Part shown: positions 63,743 through 64,000 of the stretch, one piece after another
How positions within the stretch are numbered: position 1 is the first letter of the stretch
Layout: each line of letters begins with the position of its first letter
Assembly: GCA_050575255.1 (NCBI GenBank)
Contig: JBNZDD010013370.1
Span: 179,343 to 243,342, forward strand
Direction: 5' to 3'
From: Harriotta raleighana
Lineage: Eukaryota
DNA length: 64,000 bases
Translations under genes and position numbers: made by a program
Notes under the pieces: generated by a model
The model's database searches: none
Seen by the model: the letters and a program-made list of their open reading frames with translations, nothing else
Told to the model about the DNA's origin: nothing

Positions 63743-64000
63743 TTTGTACCTTTTTTACTGTTTGTATTTCTCTTACAGTATGTATGATTGTTAAAAGTGC
63801 AGCTTTTCAACAATGATTACATTCTGCTTTACAGGTGTGACTAAGTTTTGACTGATTAAAATATGTATTGTGTAACTTTTCTGCAAAACTATGCTGTTTC
63901 ATGGTGCAGAGAACACTCCCCCTTTTCCTTTGATTTGCTGTGAAATTAAGTTGAGCTCAGAAAGCAGATGGTTTTTTGGATGAAGTAGAGATTTAAATAT
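63743..64000. repeat. Copy of 61295-61552 after a 10-N gap; probable assembly overlap
   Basis: Identical at offset 2448. Confidence 0.85.

Overview
Vertebrate genomic DNA from a draft assembly with N gaps and several uncollapsed or mis-joined duplications. The dense tRNA-headed/Deu-domain SINE, L2 and CR1 content suggests a cartilaginous fish such as elephant shark (inference). Genes were reconstructed by hand from splice sites and reading phase. In order: the 3' part of ACE (+, 11 exons, C-domain to TM tail, 123-9420); a 21-exon divergent PepT1/PepT2-like SLC15 transporter (-, 13276-29137, 741 aa) with altered proton-coupling and substrate motifs; a stray PARP14/15/9-type macrodomain exon (+, 26221-26340), probably a chimeric join through a Tigger-like MITE; single-exon FAM187A (-); CCDC103/DNAAF19 (-, 3 exons) with an RFX X-box promoter; an unrecognised Arg/Ser-rich ORF with 11-aa repeats divergent from that promoter (+, ~40525-41270), with a pre-miRNA-like hairpin upstream of it; and LIMD2 (+, last two coding exons). 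Human residue numbers and synteny are recalled from memory and were not computed.
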